From Amphiscolops sp. MND2022 (Eukaryota): a DNA stretch of 64,000 bases. Position 1 is the stretch's first letter. Each line of letters begins with the position of its first letter. Positions 11,704-23,900 of this stretch are shown here, piece after piece. Location of the stretch: positions 23,870,001 to 23,934,000 of the forward strand of contig OZ076421.1 of NCBI GenBank assembly GCA_964187785.1, read 5' to 3'. The notes beneath the pieces were generated by a model. The model saw only the letters and a program-made list of their open reading frames with translations. It ran no database searches and was not told the DNA's origin. The translations under genes were made by a program, and so were the position numbers.

Positions 11704-14700
11704 ATGACAGACATCGAGAGTGTTGAAAAACTAAAACGAGCTAAAGCCTCGCGAAAGGCTCATGTTGCTATAATTACTCGCAAACAAGCCACTTTTGAGC
11801 AAATTGTTGGCAAAACAACACTGAACTAACAGACGAGGATCGAAACACAGCTGAAACTCTTCTAGCGTCCCTCTCCGATAAAAACAAAGTTGTTGATAGC
11901 CTTAATCTTGAAATCCTCGATTTAACTGAAAATACTGATGAACAAATGGAAGCTGAAATTGTTCACCAAGACGAAATAGACATGAAATTGAAAAGTCTCA
12001 TACGTAAAATTGAATCGTGGTTGAGTGCCAATTTTACAGTACAAGAGAGTCCTCCTGAAGACTCGCTGTCGTCAGTCTCCTCTCATCGTGAGAAGAATAT
12101 ACGTCTTCGCCGGATAGAATTGCCAACTTTCGATGGTGCCTACAAGGATTGGGTACCATTCTATGACATGTTCAAGGGCACCGTTGACAATCATGCATCA
12201 CTACCTGCAGTGCAAAAGCTATATTACTTGAAAGGAGCCTTACGTGGAGAGGCCAAGAACTTACTAGCACATCTTCCCACAACCGACGCTAACTATTCAG
12301 TGGCATTGGATCTCCTCCAAGGACGTTACGAGAATCAGTCTATGATAACTAAAGCTCATTTGACCAATATATTTAAAATTGGAGCTGTCAAACCTGATCA
12401 CCCTGAAAGCCTTAGAAAACTGCTAAATTCGTTTACCGAGAACGAGATGGCGCTGAAGGCTCTTGGCCTCGGCTCGACAGAATGTGATTTTCTGTGGATT
12501 CATATTTTATCGGAAAAATTGGATACAGTGTCAGCGCGTGAATGGCAATTGAGTAACAAAGATGGTAAAGTAAAGACTTTACAGGAATTTCGCCAATTTC
12601 TTGATCAACGTGCAACCGCCCTCGAAGCGGTTCAGAAGCTGCAATCTACAAGCGTTTCCCCGAAAGAAAGACCAAAAGAGACCAGCAACGGACAGAGTTA
12701 TGCAACTACTTCAAAAGAATGTCCTGTTTGCAAGCAATCTCATCGCATCTACCTTTGTCCTAAGTTCACTTCCTCTGAGGTCTCTGTCCGGCGTGAAACA
12801 GCCAAAGAATCGCGCCTTTGCTTCAATTGCCTCCGCCACGGTCACGCAATCCGGAATTGTTCATCGAAAACAGTCTGCCGCACATGTGGTCAGAAACATC
12901 ACACACTATTACATGACTCGAGTTTGAAAATACCTCGTCGCAGTGATACTTCAGAGTTTGGTCATCAGAAAGACACCACCAAGCACACCCCATGCACCAT
13001 GCTTTCGACAGCTATGGTATCCATTAAAGATAGTTTCGGCAAGCTTGTTTCATGTCGCGCCTTACTCGATAGTGGCTCGCAGATGAGTTTCATAACACAT
13101 ACAATGGTAGAGAAGTTGAAGTTAAACAAAGAGAGAACCCAATTGAGTCTCAGTGGAGTTGGTGGCATAACCACAAATAAATATACATCCCGTACAACAC
13201 TCGACCTTGCCACGGATCAGGGGACCATCGAGGTCAAAGCCTATGTCCTGAAAACAATAACAGGTTGCATTCCTAGTAGACCATTGGATATTTCGAGATT
13301 ACCCTCATTGAAGCAATACTACTTGGCTGATCCGAATTTCAATACTTCTGCTTCTGTCGATCTCTTACTTGGTGCTGACATCTTCGAAAAATTGATAATG
13401 AATCAACGGGAGGAGATAACCCCGGGTCTTTTCCTGCGCAAAACTCTTTTCGGCTGGGTCTTTGTTGGCCAACAAGAGTCGCAGACATCGACGGTGGTCG
13501 TGAATTGTCATTTGTCGTTAGAAGAATCTGTCAGAAAATTCTGGGAGATTGAAAACTTTCCATCGCAAACGTTTCAAACCAAAGAAGAAATCGAATGTGA
13601 GGTTCATTTCCAAGAAACTACTAGAATTGAAAATGATCGTTTTGTTGTAAAATTACCCTTCAAAAAGCATTCTTCTCTTGGTGAAAGCCTGCCTCAAGCC
13701 AAGCGACGCTTCGAATCACTTGAGCGGCGTTTAGACCAAAATCCTGAATTGAAAGAAAGGTACACAAGTTTCATTGATGAATTTCTTTGTCTTAAACATA
13801 TGGAAGAAGTACCGGAAAATGAAATTGTGAAATCATCATCAGAAGTATATTATCTACCGCATCACTGTGTACTCAAGGAAAGTTCAAAAACGACCAAACT
13901 TCGCGTTGTCTTCGACGGTTCAGCAAAAACCAGCAATGGATGCTCGTTAAACGACAACCTGCTGGTTGGTCCTGTTGTTCAAGATAATTTAATAGCCATC
14001 TTGACACGCTTTCGGTTCAATGTTGTTGCATTATCAGCAGACATAGCTAAAATGTATCGACAAGTAGTTCTAGATAATCCGGAGAAGGACTTCCATAGAA
14101 TTCTCTGGCGTGAAAGTAAAGATGGACCACTTCGCCACTTGCGAATGAAACGCGTGACATACGGAATAGCCTCTTCGGCTTTTCATTCTACCCGATGTTT
14201 AAAAGAGATAGCGAACCGCACAGAAAACTCAATTGTTAGAGATTGTTTGAATAGATGCTTCTACGTCGACGATTTTCTTGGCGGAGCTCCAACAATGATG
14301 AAGCGAAATCTTTGTTAGACAATCTTGTTAAAGAACTTCGACGTTATGGCTTCGATTTGAGAAAATGGGCGTCAAGTCATACTGAACTAATCTCTGAGCT
14401 GCCTGTCGAAATGAGAGAAAATGCTGACTCACTGGAACTGTTTTCGGAATAATACAGAATCAAAGCTCTGGGTATTTCCTGGCATCCCAATACGGATATG
14501 TTTTTTTTCAATTTAGATCTGGAGGAAATCACGGAACCAACAAAACGAGCTCTTTTGTCAGACTCGTCAAAAATATTCGATCCTATGGGTTGGGTATCGC
14601 CTGTAATCATTCTTTTCAAAAGTCTTGTTCAGCGCACATGGGTGCAAGATTTGTCACGGGATGACAAACTTCCTGATGACCTGGTTGAGCAGTGGTACAG

Positions 14701-16798
14701 AATACGTAAGGAACTGGAGTATCTTAACACGATAAAAATTCCTCGTTGCGTTCGGCCTCCAAAAACAACCGCACTTGAGCTCCATGTCTTCTGTGATGCC
14801 TCAGAGATGGCTTATGCGGCAGTGGTCTACATAAGAGCTCGGGGTCCAACAGGTATTTCTTGTAAACTTTTGACTTCTAAGACTAAGGTTGCCCCTGTGA
14901 AAGCTCTGTCCATGCCTCGTCTTGAGTTGTGCGCTGCGACTCTGGGAGCCAATCTTACAAATTCTCTCCGTCAAACACTTGAAGTGTCTTTAGTAACTGC
15001 TTGGACCGACCCTACAATCGTTCTTAATTGGCTTTCCAAGCTTCCCCGCACTTGGAATACGTTTGTTGCAAACAGAGTTGCAACTGTGCAGGAAGAAATT
15101 CCACGCAATCAGTGGAAGTACGTTCCAAGCAAGGATAATCCTGCTGACATGGCTTCACGTGGATTATTAGCCTCCGAGATCATAGAAAATGCGCTTTGGT
15201 GGAATGGACCGGAGTGGTTGTCAGCTGATGACGCTGAATGGCCTCTGACGCCCTCGACTGAAGAGACACTTCTAGAGAAACGATTGAATAAAAGCATATG
15301 CACCGTTGTTACACATATTCTGCCGTTGAATATTGAAAAATTCTCTTCTTTGCAGAAATTATTTCGAGTTTTCAGCTACGTTCTAAGGTTCATTGCGGAA
15401 GTGAAAGGGCGTTGCGGTTTTAAAATTCAATCTTCCGCACAAGTATCAGACAGCTTAACTGCTATTGAACTTGGAGAACCCTCTTATCGATTAGTGTCTT
15501 ATGAACAACAAAAGCTATTGAAGGAGGAATTTTCGTTACTTCAGCAGGGAGGCGAGTTTCCCAAAAACAGTCCCTACATCAGCCTATGTCCCTTCTTTGA
15601 CAAAGACTTCAATGTGATTCGAGTAGGTGGTCGCCTAGCGAACTCTGATTACGACTCTTTGAAAAAATTTCCGCTTCTCTTACCGAAAACCTCCTCTCTG
15701 GTTCCGCTAATCATTAGATATTTTCATGAAGCAACGCTTCATGGCGGTGATAGTATGACTCTTGCGGCTCTCCGAGAAACATATTGGATCATAGGAGTCA
15801 GAATAATGATCAGAAAAATCATCAAAAATTGTATCAAATGCTGTCGTTTTTCCCTGAAGTCAGCAACGCAACAGATGGCCGATCTGCCACTTGAGCGGAT
15901 AGCACCATCCCGACCATTTTCGCAAAGTGGGTTAGATTTCGCAGGACCTTTGAAAGTGAAATGTTCCGGAAAAGTTTATATCGCTATTTTTGTTTGTTTG
16001 TCAACTAAAGCCTTGCATATGGAACTTGTCGGTAACTTATCAAAGGACGCTTGTATTCTTGCCTTGAAGCGTTTCTTTGCCCGAAGACGCACACCGTCAA
16101 AAATTCTCAGTGATAATGGGACTAACTTCATTGGGGCAAGGAATGATCTCAAGTTGAATGAAGTATTTGAATCAATAAACAAAGATTCTGTTGTTTCCTT
16201 CGCTGAACAACGCGGAACGGAATGGGTAACAATTCCACCAAGAGCTCCTCATTTTGGCGGTATATGGGAAGCAGCAGTGAAAAGTATGAAACATCATCTT
16301 CGTCGTGTGGTCGGTACACAAATTCTCCACTATGAAGAGCTTTCTACTATCTTATGTCAAATCGAAGCAGTCTTGAACTCCAGACCCCTAGTCCCGCTTT
16401 CTAGTGACCCAAATGACTTGCAAGTGATTACACCGAATCATTTTTTAATTGGGGGATCGCCAAACGAACCCGATAGGCAAGAATCAAAAATTCCACTCAA
16501 CTGCCGCTACAGACTTCTCCAGCAGATCCAAAAGGACTTCTGGAAAATGTGGAAGAAAGATTATCTGGGCTCACTTCAGATGATGAAAAAATGGGCACAG
16601 AGTTCCGCAAATCTCAAAATTGGAGACCTAGTTCTACTGGCAGACGATGATTGTCGTGCAATGCAATGGAAAATTGGTCGAATTAAAGAAGTATATACCG
16701 GAAATGATGGACTTGTACGAGTTGTTAAAGTGAAAACTCAGCAATGTGATTTAATCCGGCCAATAGTAAAACTTCGAAAACTCCCAATCTCTTGTTGA
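11704..16798 (+). pseudogene. BEL gag-pol polyprotein, disrupted
   Basis: ATG at 11704, frameshift at ~11815. Motifs: DUF1759-like LRRIELPTFDG, three Cys/His knuckles, protease LLDSGS, RT YVDD, RNase H LHVFCDAS, integrase GLDFAGP/SDNGTNF/GGIWEAAVK. A second frameshift at ~14295 and an in-frame TAA at 14450-14452. Confidence 0.95.
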
Positions 16799-16854
16799 CT
16801 TTAACGCGCCCTCACTTACAATTTTCTTAATCATACTGATCAAGGGGTGCGGTA

Positions 16855-17104
16855 TGTTGAATGTCATTTGAACTAAATTGAATCTAAAAAAAAACTTGTT
16901 CATGCATCTCAAAGTTGCTAAGTCTCAAATAATTTGTTCTGAACTATTCTGCCGCCGTTTTAATGTTTGTTCACAAGTTGGTCTGAATTAATCTTTGAAA
17001 CACGTTCTAGTTGAAGTTTGACTTTCACCCAAGCTTTGAGCTATCTAGCTATAGCACAATTTAACAATTTAGCAGAGCTGTCTCGCCACAGCATACTACA
17101 AACA
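16855..17104 (+). repeat. BEL 3' LTR
   Basis: Direct repeat of 10649-10898. Confidence 0.97.
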
Positions 17105-17820
17105 ATGTAAAAGGGGGGCCATTTGGGATTTATTAACATCCATTCCGTTGCAAAATATCAAAAATTGAAGGGGGACCAGAAAAGTCTCATAGTGCTGAAA
17201 AAATCTAAGTTAAAAACACCAAGATAGCCAAAGGATCCTCAGTATCTTTTCAACGTTATGAACGTCGGTTCTGTTTTGGACGAGGTTCTGACATTTCCAG
17301 TATGTTTTGGACATGCGTATTTCAAGTTGAACAAATGAACAAAGAGGCCTTCCGCGGAATAAAAATCTACCCACTGTAAGAGTCGGGCACTTTTCTTCAG
17401 AAGCGCCGACTAAAAACGACAGGAAATTTTGAAGTCTTGACTTTTAAGTCCGACAATTTTTCGAAAACCCTTACTATAGCCAGCTGGGAGTGGTCCATGT
17501 TGGCTCCCCGCTTAAGCCTCAGAAAGCGCAGTCTCCTACTTAATCCCTGGACGATTTTTGAGAAAATTTTGAAAAGTACCGAAATAAAGCCAAATGGGGA
17601 TCCTTTGCTGAAATTTTAAAATTTTGTGAAAATCGCTTAGTGCCAAACAAATTTAATTGAGTCTGAATCCAAAGGCTAAAAATTTGATTCACTGTCCTTT
17701 TGGCGTCGGAAATTGTAACCAAATGCATTGTATCCGAATATTTACATCAGAACGAGGTGAGAATAGTTAAGCTTGAAATTATTTAAATTTCACCATTAGA
17801 TAGATTCGAATCCTCGCGGT

Positions 17821-17878
17821 TTTGAGCGGGGTTCAAATCCAGGGCCTTCTGCTTTCAAAGTACGCTCAGCATTGCTAT
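17821..17878 (-). repeat. tRNA-derived (SINE-like) head
   Basis: Minus strand reads TAGCAATGCTGAGCG...AGCAGAAGGCCCTGGATTTGAACCCC, a degenerate A/B box sharing the GCAGAAGG motif with other copies. Confidence 0.5.
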
Positions 17879-18274
17879 CTTTGATTTTTTCTTCGGTTTG
17901 AACATTCAAAGAATTATTGAAACTTCGGTCAAAGCACGAGACACTCCCTCCAGCTTCTGCGACGTTTTTGAGTATGAATTTAAAAAATGGCAAACGCATG
18001 AGCGATTTTTGTCCGCTCTAATCCCATATAATTGAAATTTGAGCAGAAATGAAAATTCATATAAAAACTTGGCGTCTCGAATATTTTTTGAACATGACAA
18101 AGGAGGTAATTCACCTCTTTGAATTCTAAAACCTGAAATACATGCCTTTAGATTTGGTAATTTACTTTATTGGTGGAATTCAGCATCTATAGTTAACAAA
18201 TTCTAATCAATCTGAGATCAAGTTTGAATTCATTATCAGTGCAACTTGAACTGAATTCGATCATTTCAGTTATA

Positions 18275-20499
18275 ATGTCTGCTTCTGGCGACAAAGCGAA
18301 CGGATTACAGTTGGACACGTCAAACTCGGAGTCAGTTGCAAAACATTACAACAAACTACAAGAAATCGGTCTTCAAAAACGTACCGAGACCAGCATTTAC
18401 TACTTGAGGAACTTCAACAACTGGGTCAAATCGTGTCTGATTTCCACAACTGTCGATGCCATAAAAGCAGAAAGGGAGCAAAAATCAAGAGAACCAGAAG
18501 CGGAGCTTGAAAAATCTAGCAAACTTCAAAATGAAAATGGTAGCTCAGAACCTTCGCCGAAAGCAGCAAAAACATCTGAGATCTCATCTCTAGGTTCTCA
18601 AAGAAACGATCCCGGAAGCTTGGGTTCTTTCCAAAGAAACGATCAAGACGATGGGTACAGTCACCCAAGTTTAGAAGATGGCCCTCCTCGTAGCAATGAC
18701 TCTGGATCTAGAAAACGCAACAGTTTTCACATGACGGAACAGAAGGATCGGTTTGTGTCGAAACGAGAAAGGCTCGGAGATTTCAGAGTGCTGGACTTAT
18801 GCTGTGGAAAAGGAGGCGACCTGCTGAAGTGGTCAAAGTGTGAAATTCCAGTGACATCATTGGTTGGAGTTGACATTGCTGACGTTTCAATCAAACAGTG
18901 TAGGGATAGATTCTGGGATATGAAGAAGAAAAAGAACAAGTTAGTTGATGATAAAATATCAGTTCACGTACTCTGATATCCCGAATAGCCGGGGACACTA
19001 AGTGTTGATTTTGCTCTGGTTAGAAATGAATGAGTTATTGCGAATAGCTTCAGGAGCAGAGCGTTAAACTGATCGAATTTCACGCTCAATTTCATAGAAA
19101 ACTAGTTCTGTTGAATGGACTGGCTGATTGTGCTTCATTAATAGTTCTGAATAAAAGTACTGGATTGCGGCAGTAGCTTTCCTTTGTTTTCGAATTTTAA
19201 TTTGTGTGTTTTGAATTTTAAACGGATTCCATTTGCAGAAATCGGTAATGCGAGTTATTTCCGATCCCACAAACTTATGTTTATGCAAAAATTGTAGGTA
19301 GTCAATAAAGCCAATCAATCGAAATTAGATCCTTCAAAAGTCGTAAGTCTTTTGAATAAAAATTATTGTACTACAATAATTTTTATTCAAAAGACTTACG
19401 ACTTTTGAAGGATCTAATTTCGATTGATTGGCTTTATTGACTACCTACAATTTTTGCATAAACATAAGTTTGTGGGATCGGAAATAACTCGCATTACCGA
19501 TTTCTGCAAATGGAATCCGTTTAAAATTCAAAACTTCAAAAATTCAAAATTCATAGTATGAATGGTTCCATAAGTCAATAGCGCCAAATGTGGTGTTTCT
19601 TGAAGTTTTCAAGTCTGTTATTGTGACTGTAATGTAGTTTTACATGTTTTAGAGCGCACAACACATCGTTCTATGGACAATTTCACACTTTGGATTGCAC
19701 CAAAAACTTGATTCGTCCTCTTCTGCAAAAAGACTTTCGAGGTTTCCCTCAAGGAAACCAACCATGGTTCGATTTAGTCAGTTGTCAGTTCTCCATTCAT
19801 TACAGCTTCGAATCTTTGCAACAAGCTGAAACAATGGTGCAGAATGCATGTGAAATGGTCAATGTGGGCGGTTATTTCATAGGGACTACTTTGAATTCTG
19901 AAGAAATCTTGCGCAGATTGCGAAGAAGCCAACTCAAAGACCCTTCGACCAAATCTTTCGGGAATCAGTTTTATGGAATTGCTTTTGAAACGGTTCCTGA
20001 AAATTTTCTCTTTGAAGCTTTTGGGTCCAAATACAATTTCCAACTTGAAGGAGTAGTCGATTGTCCCGAGTTTTTATGTGATTTGGGCGTTCTCAAAAGT
20101 TTAGTGGCAAAATATGGCTTTGAATTGCAAGACAGTTTCGATTTTAAAGAAGCATTTGAGAGGTATAACGGTAAGTTTCGAGGGTTGCTAGAGATCATTA
20201 ACGCGTTGGAACCATTCTCCCCGGATCATCCCAGAAAAGACACGTTAGATTATGAGCATGCCGAAAGCTTCCTCAACAGATCAAATGTCGGAACACTTTC
20301 TCAAAGTGAATGGGAAGCTATCTCAGTATATCATTGTTTCGTTTTCAAACGAGTCTCAGAAGAAGCAGTGGAAAGTAATTTTGTTTATGACCCTGAGAAA
20401 ATCCTTAAATCTGTTGAGGAATCCTTGGAGGACCGAAGAATTCTGCAACCCCCGCTAATTGATAACTATCGGCCCAGGAAGTTGGTGTACAAAAAGTGA
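18275..20499 (+). CDS. RNMT: mRNA cap guanine-N7 methyltransferase; join(18275..18939,19653..20499), 503 aa
   Basis: Motifs HYN, RNFNNWVKS, VLDLCCGKGGDLLKW, GVDIADVSI, FDLVSCQFSIHYSFES, GGYFIGTT, VDCPEFL and LSQSEWEAISVY. The intron GTTAGT...TTTTAG is phase-compatible. Confidence 0.95.
19208..19534. repeat. Perfect 327-bp palindrome (163-bp arms, 1-nt centre at 19371) in the RNMT intron
   Basis: 19208-19370 is the exact reverse complement of 19372-19534 when read base by base. Confidence 0.97.
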
Positions 20500-20902
20500 C
20501 CAGACTGTCTTCCAAAATATCCAAAAAATTTGACCAGTCATTGTTCTTTTGGTAACTTTTGCATGTTGTAATGCAAATAACAACTTCCCAGAGATCGCAT
20601 TTGATGGTGTAATATGCTATCGAAACTAAAATTTAAGGAATAATCGTGCAGTTGTTTTAGTTTTGTTTTTGATGCTTCGATGAATATGATTTTTTGAGTC
20701 TTCTTTCATTAGAAATTTAATATGGAAATCCAATTTCTACATTGAATGATCAGTCTAATGACACTGTTTTCATTTGTGATATATAATGATATTGCTCCAG
20801 AAGCTTCATCACAAAGTTGTGTTTTCTTCAGAAACAATAAAAAGGGGTCTTTGGTGTTTCAATGTTCAACTCATTTCAGTGAGAACATGAGGTGACTTGA
20901 AA

Positions 20903-23900
20903 ATGTCCGGGGACGATTTGACTAATCCGGGTATAACCCATGTCATTTTCGACATGGACGGTCTACTTCTAGACACTGAGAGGCTATACACCGAAGCCAC
21001 GCAGCAGTTATGCGACAGGTTCGGCAAGGTGTACACCTTCGACATGAAGCGTCAAGTCATGGGCAAAACCGGCGCTTCTGCGGCTCAGGCTGTCATTGAT
21101 CTGGTCGGAATTCCCATGACTCCCGAGGAGTATATCAAAGAAATTAACCAAGTAAGAACCTTTGCTCGCCATTGCTCAAATGTCCAACCCGTCACTGTTT
21201 AGCTAATCCAAAGACATTTCGGTCATTTTCAGCAAAGGTATCAAAAATTTTATAGAGATTTTTGTTTAAAGCGATCTTTCGTTGTCTTCCTTGATTCGAT
21301 CAATTGGAAACAGTTTTTACATCCAATTTCTCCTAAAGCTACTACGTGTATATACTTTGACCTGACCAAATATTCAAAAGATACTCCAGTCCAGTAGTCA
21401 TAACTTGTAACTTATATCAGCGATGTCTTGTTTCACTTAAAGATCACGCCAGGTCTATTCCGAGGAAGTCAATGCTTGCCAGGTGCCGAAAAATTAGTGC
21501 GCCATTTACACTCTAACAATGTTCCAATGGCTGTATGCACTGGGTCCAATCAGACGAACCTGGCCCTGAAGACTACACTGCACAAAGACATGTTCTCTCT
21601 ATTCAATCACGTGGTCACAAGTTCAGATGACCCCGAGGTCAAGTTTGGCAAGCCTCATCCACAACCTTTTCAAGTCACACAGTCAAGGTCAGCATTCCTT
21701 AGTCTGTTGGTTGAATACATTATACCAACCATATGTTGAAAACCATTTTGGTCTCAGAAAATATACTGCATTGCGTTAAATGTATTAAAAGTTCTGAAAA
21801 TTTGCTCAAGATCTGCTGAGAATTTGAGACTACCAAAAAATTAATCATGTGGAAAGGTTAAAAATTACTTTTGCTTCAAAAACTAACTGTCCAAACTCTT
21901 TCACCATTTCAACACTATATCGTGATATTGATTGTCCGACGAAAAATGGTGAATAAATTTAACTTTCCTTTTTCTTCGAGAAATATTTATCGTTCTTAAG
22001 TCTTTTGTGTTGTCTAGCACGAGGGGGTATTAAAACGTGGAGAATGAAATTTCTTTTTTTTGAAGTTTTAACATTTTTGCGGAAATGGAAAGTTATAGAA
22101 ACCGTATATGTACTTTTATAATACCTACTTATCGATCCACTTTGTTTGCCAATTTGATTGGCTACTTCAAGTGTTTAGCTAGTTTATTGAATTCTCGTTC
22201 GATGAAGCGAACGAGTGTTAATTATTCAGTGTTAGCCAGGTTCGAACTCTCAATTTTTGCCTACAAACCTCGCGCTCTGACCACAACACCGTCCTGTAAA
22301 AATCCTGGCCTGAACCAAACGCTGATTTTTTTTTATTTTTCTCCACACCATTGACATACCTTCGTTTTAGGAATGTACTTCCTCGCCTTGCTCCTTTCGT
22401 CCGCCGGGTTGCATTTCTTCAGGTGATTTTTCATGGTTCCTTGTGACCTGAAGTTGCATTGACAGTTCGGGCATTCGAAGGATTTGGTCGAGTTGGCATG
22501 TATTCGTTTCATGTGTAATTTTAGGCCACTATTTGATTTGCAAACTTTTCCACAGTCTGGGGGGCATTCTAGACTAGGTACTTCGAAATTTAAAGTTTTC
22601 CTTCCACCGTTTCCGATATCCGATGATTGTGCGCTTGCTGCCTTTCCCAGTTTTTCAAATGGGCTTTCCTCTTTCTCAATATTTCTTTCCACTTTTTACG
22701 GCCTTGGGCTATGGTTCCCACCTCTGACCGGTTGACGCCTGCTTCTTTACGGAGCTTTTTCAGTAAAACAGGGTTTTCCCTTTTTCCCAGGCCGTTTCTG
22801 TAGTTCGTCAAGGCCACCTAACCATCCTAAGACCGCTATTTTCGTTGTTCTTTTGTTGCTCAGTGTGACATATTGAATGTCATAGTTTAAATGTTCATTA
22901 ACTTTCCTATTGCCATAATGTAATTTTCTATTCGAATGAACTTCGAATATTTCTTAAGCATATTGTTCTCATATTTTGTTGTTTATAACTTCTATCACCT
23001 ATGTTTTGAGCTCTGCTCCAAACCACCGAGTGGCCAATCTAATACAATATTGATGAGCTCTCAGTTTTCATATCCATATCAGAAAGAAAAAATTCGCTGG
23101 TCAATTAGATGTCCTTGAGTCTCATTCTTGGAAAATGTCCGATTCGTTCCGGTGTTCTTTATTTTCCAACTGATTGATTTAAAGTTAAGGATATTTCTGA
23201 TGTCTTGCATTTTTAGTCGGCGCCTTTTCCCTTAAGGAAAAAAGCCCGACTCTTACAGTGAGTAGTTTTTTTTTCAGTTGACAATCTCACTCTGAGTGGT
23301 CCACTTTTCTTGCAATTTGTTCATCTTCCATCTTCGACCAAGCCGGAGAGCGTGGGTTCGATTCTCGCACTAAACCATAAATTTTTTAATGCTTCCAAAA
23401 GTACAGGTGAGACCAAAGGGTTTCCCCCCTTTGGGTTTTTTTCGGCACTATGCGACTTTTTTCGAAAGTTTTCGAATTTTATCAAAGGGTACCCTCTTGC
23501 ATTTTTTTTGAAGTTTTCGGTTTGTAGAAAACGTTGAATGAGCCTAAATGACCTCTTTTTAGGTTTTTCGGCATTGTGCGACTTTTTTACCAAATACTTT
23601 TTTTGGAAAAAATATTTTTTTTCCAAATATTTCCAATAGTTGTTCCTTGAATATTTTTGAGCCTAAGATATGGCGCCGACTTGGGACGTTCCCGTCTTGT
23701 TATACCTTGTATTTCCATTTGAATGAGAGGAGGACCCGTTTTATTGCTCCAGATATGGCGGCACCTCTTATCGATCCAAGATGGAACCATTTTGACCTCC
23801 TTCGTGTACCATGGCCTAGCCGCGCAGTCAAACAGGAGCCCACTTTCAACACATGTTTCCACCACCTGGGCTTGTTTCTTCATTCAGCAATTGTATTTTG

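Larger units (their letters stand above)
10649..17104 (+). mobile_element. BEL/Pao LTR retrotransposon, full length, with an extra 5' ORF
   Basis: 250-bp LTRs TGT...ACA at 10649-10898 and 16855-17104 (2 mismatches). ATGT duplicated on both flanks. PBS TGGTGACCCG at 10901; purine-rich tract before the 3' LTR. Domain order gag-PR-RT-RH-IN. Confidence 0.97.
10110..17416 (-). mobile_element. DINE-1/HINE-like non-autonomous element split by the BEL insertion (10110-10648 plus 17105-17416)
   Basis: Family core GTGCCGAAAAATGTAAAAGGGGG is restored across the BEL insertion. Terminus AGTCGGGC...GCGCCGACTAAAAA at 17380-17416. Confidence 0.7.

Noticed and set aside
18224-18274. N-terminal extensions in the ORF track for RNMT (18224), FKBP6 (25673) and ALKBH4 exons
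   Set aside because: They begin at non-ATG codons and cross acceptor sites or intronic/repeat sequence; the ATG and splice-based models fit better.
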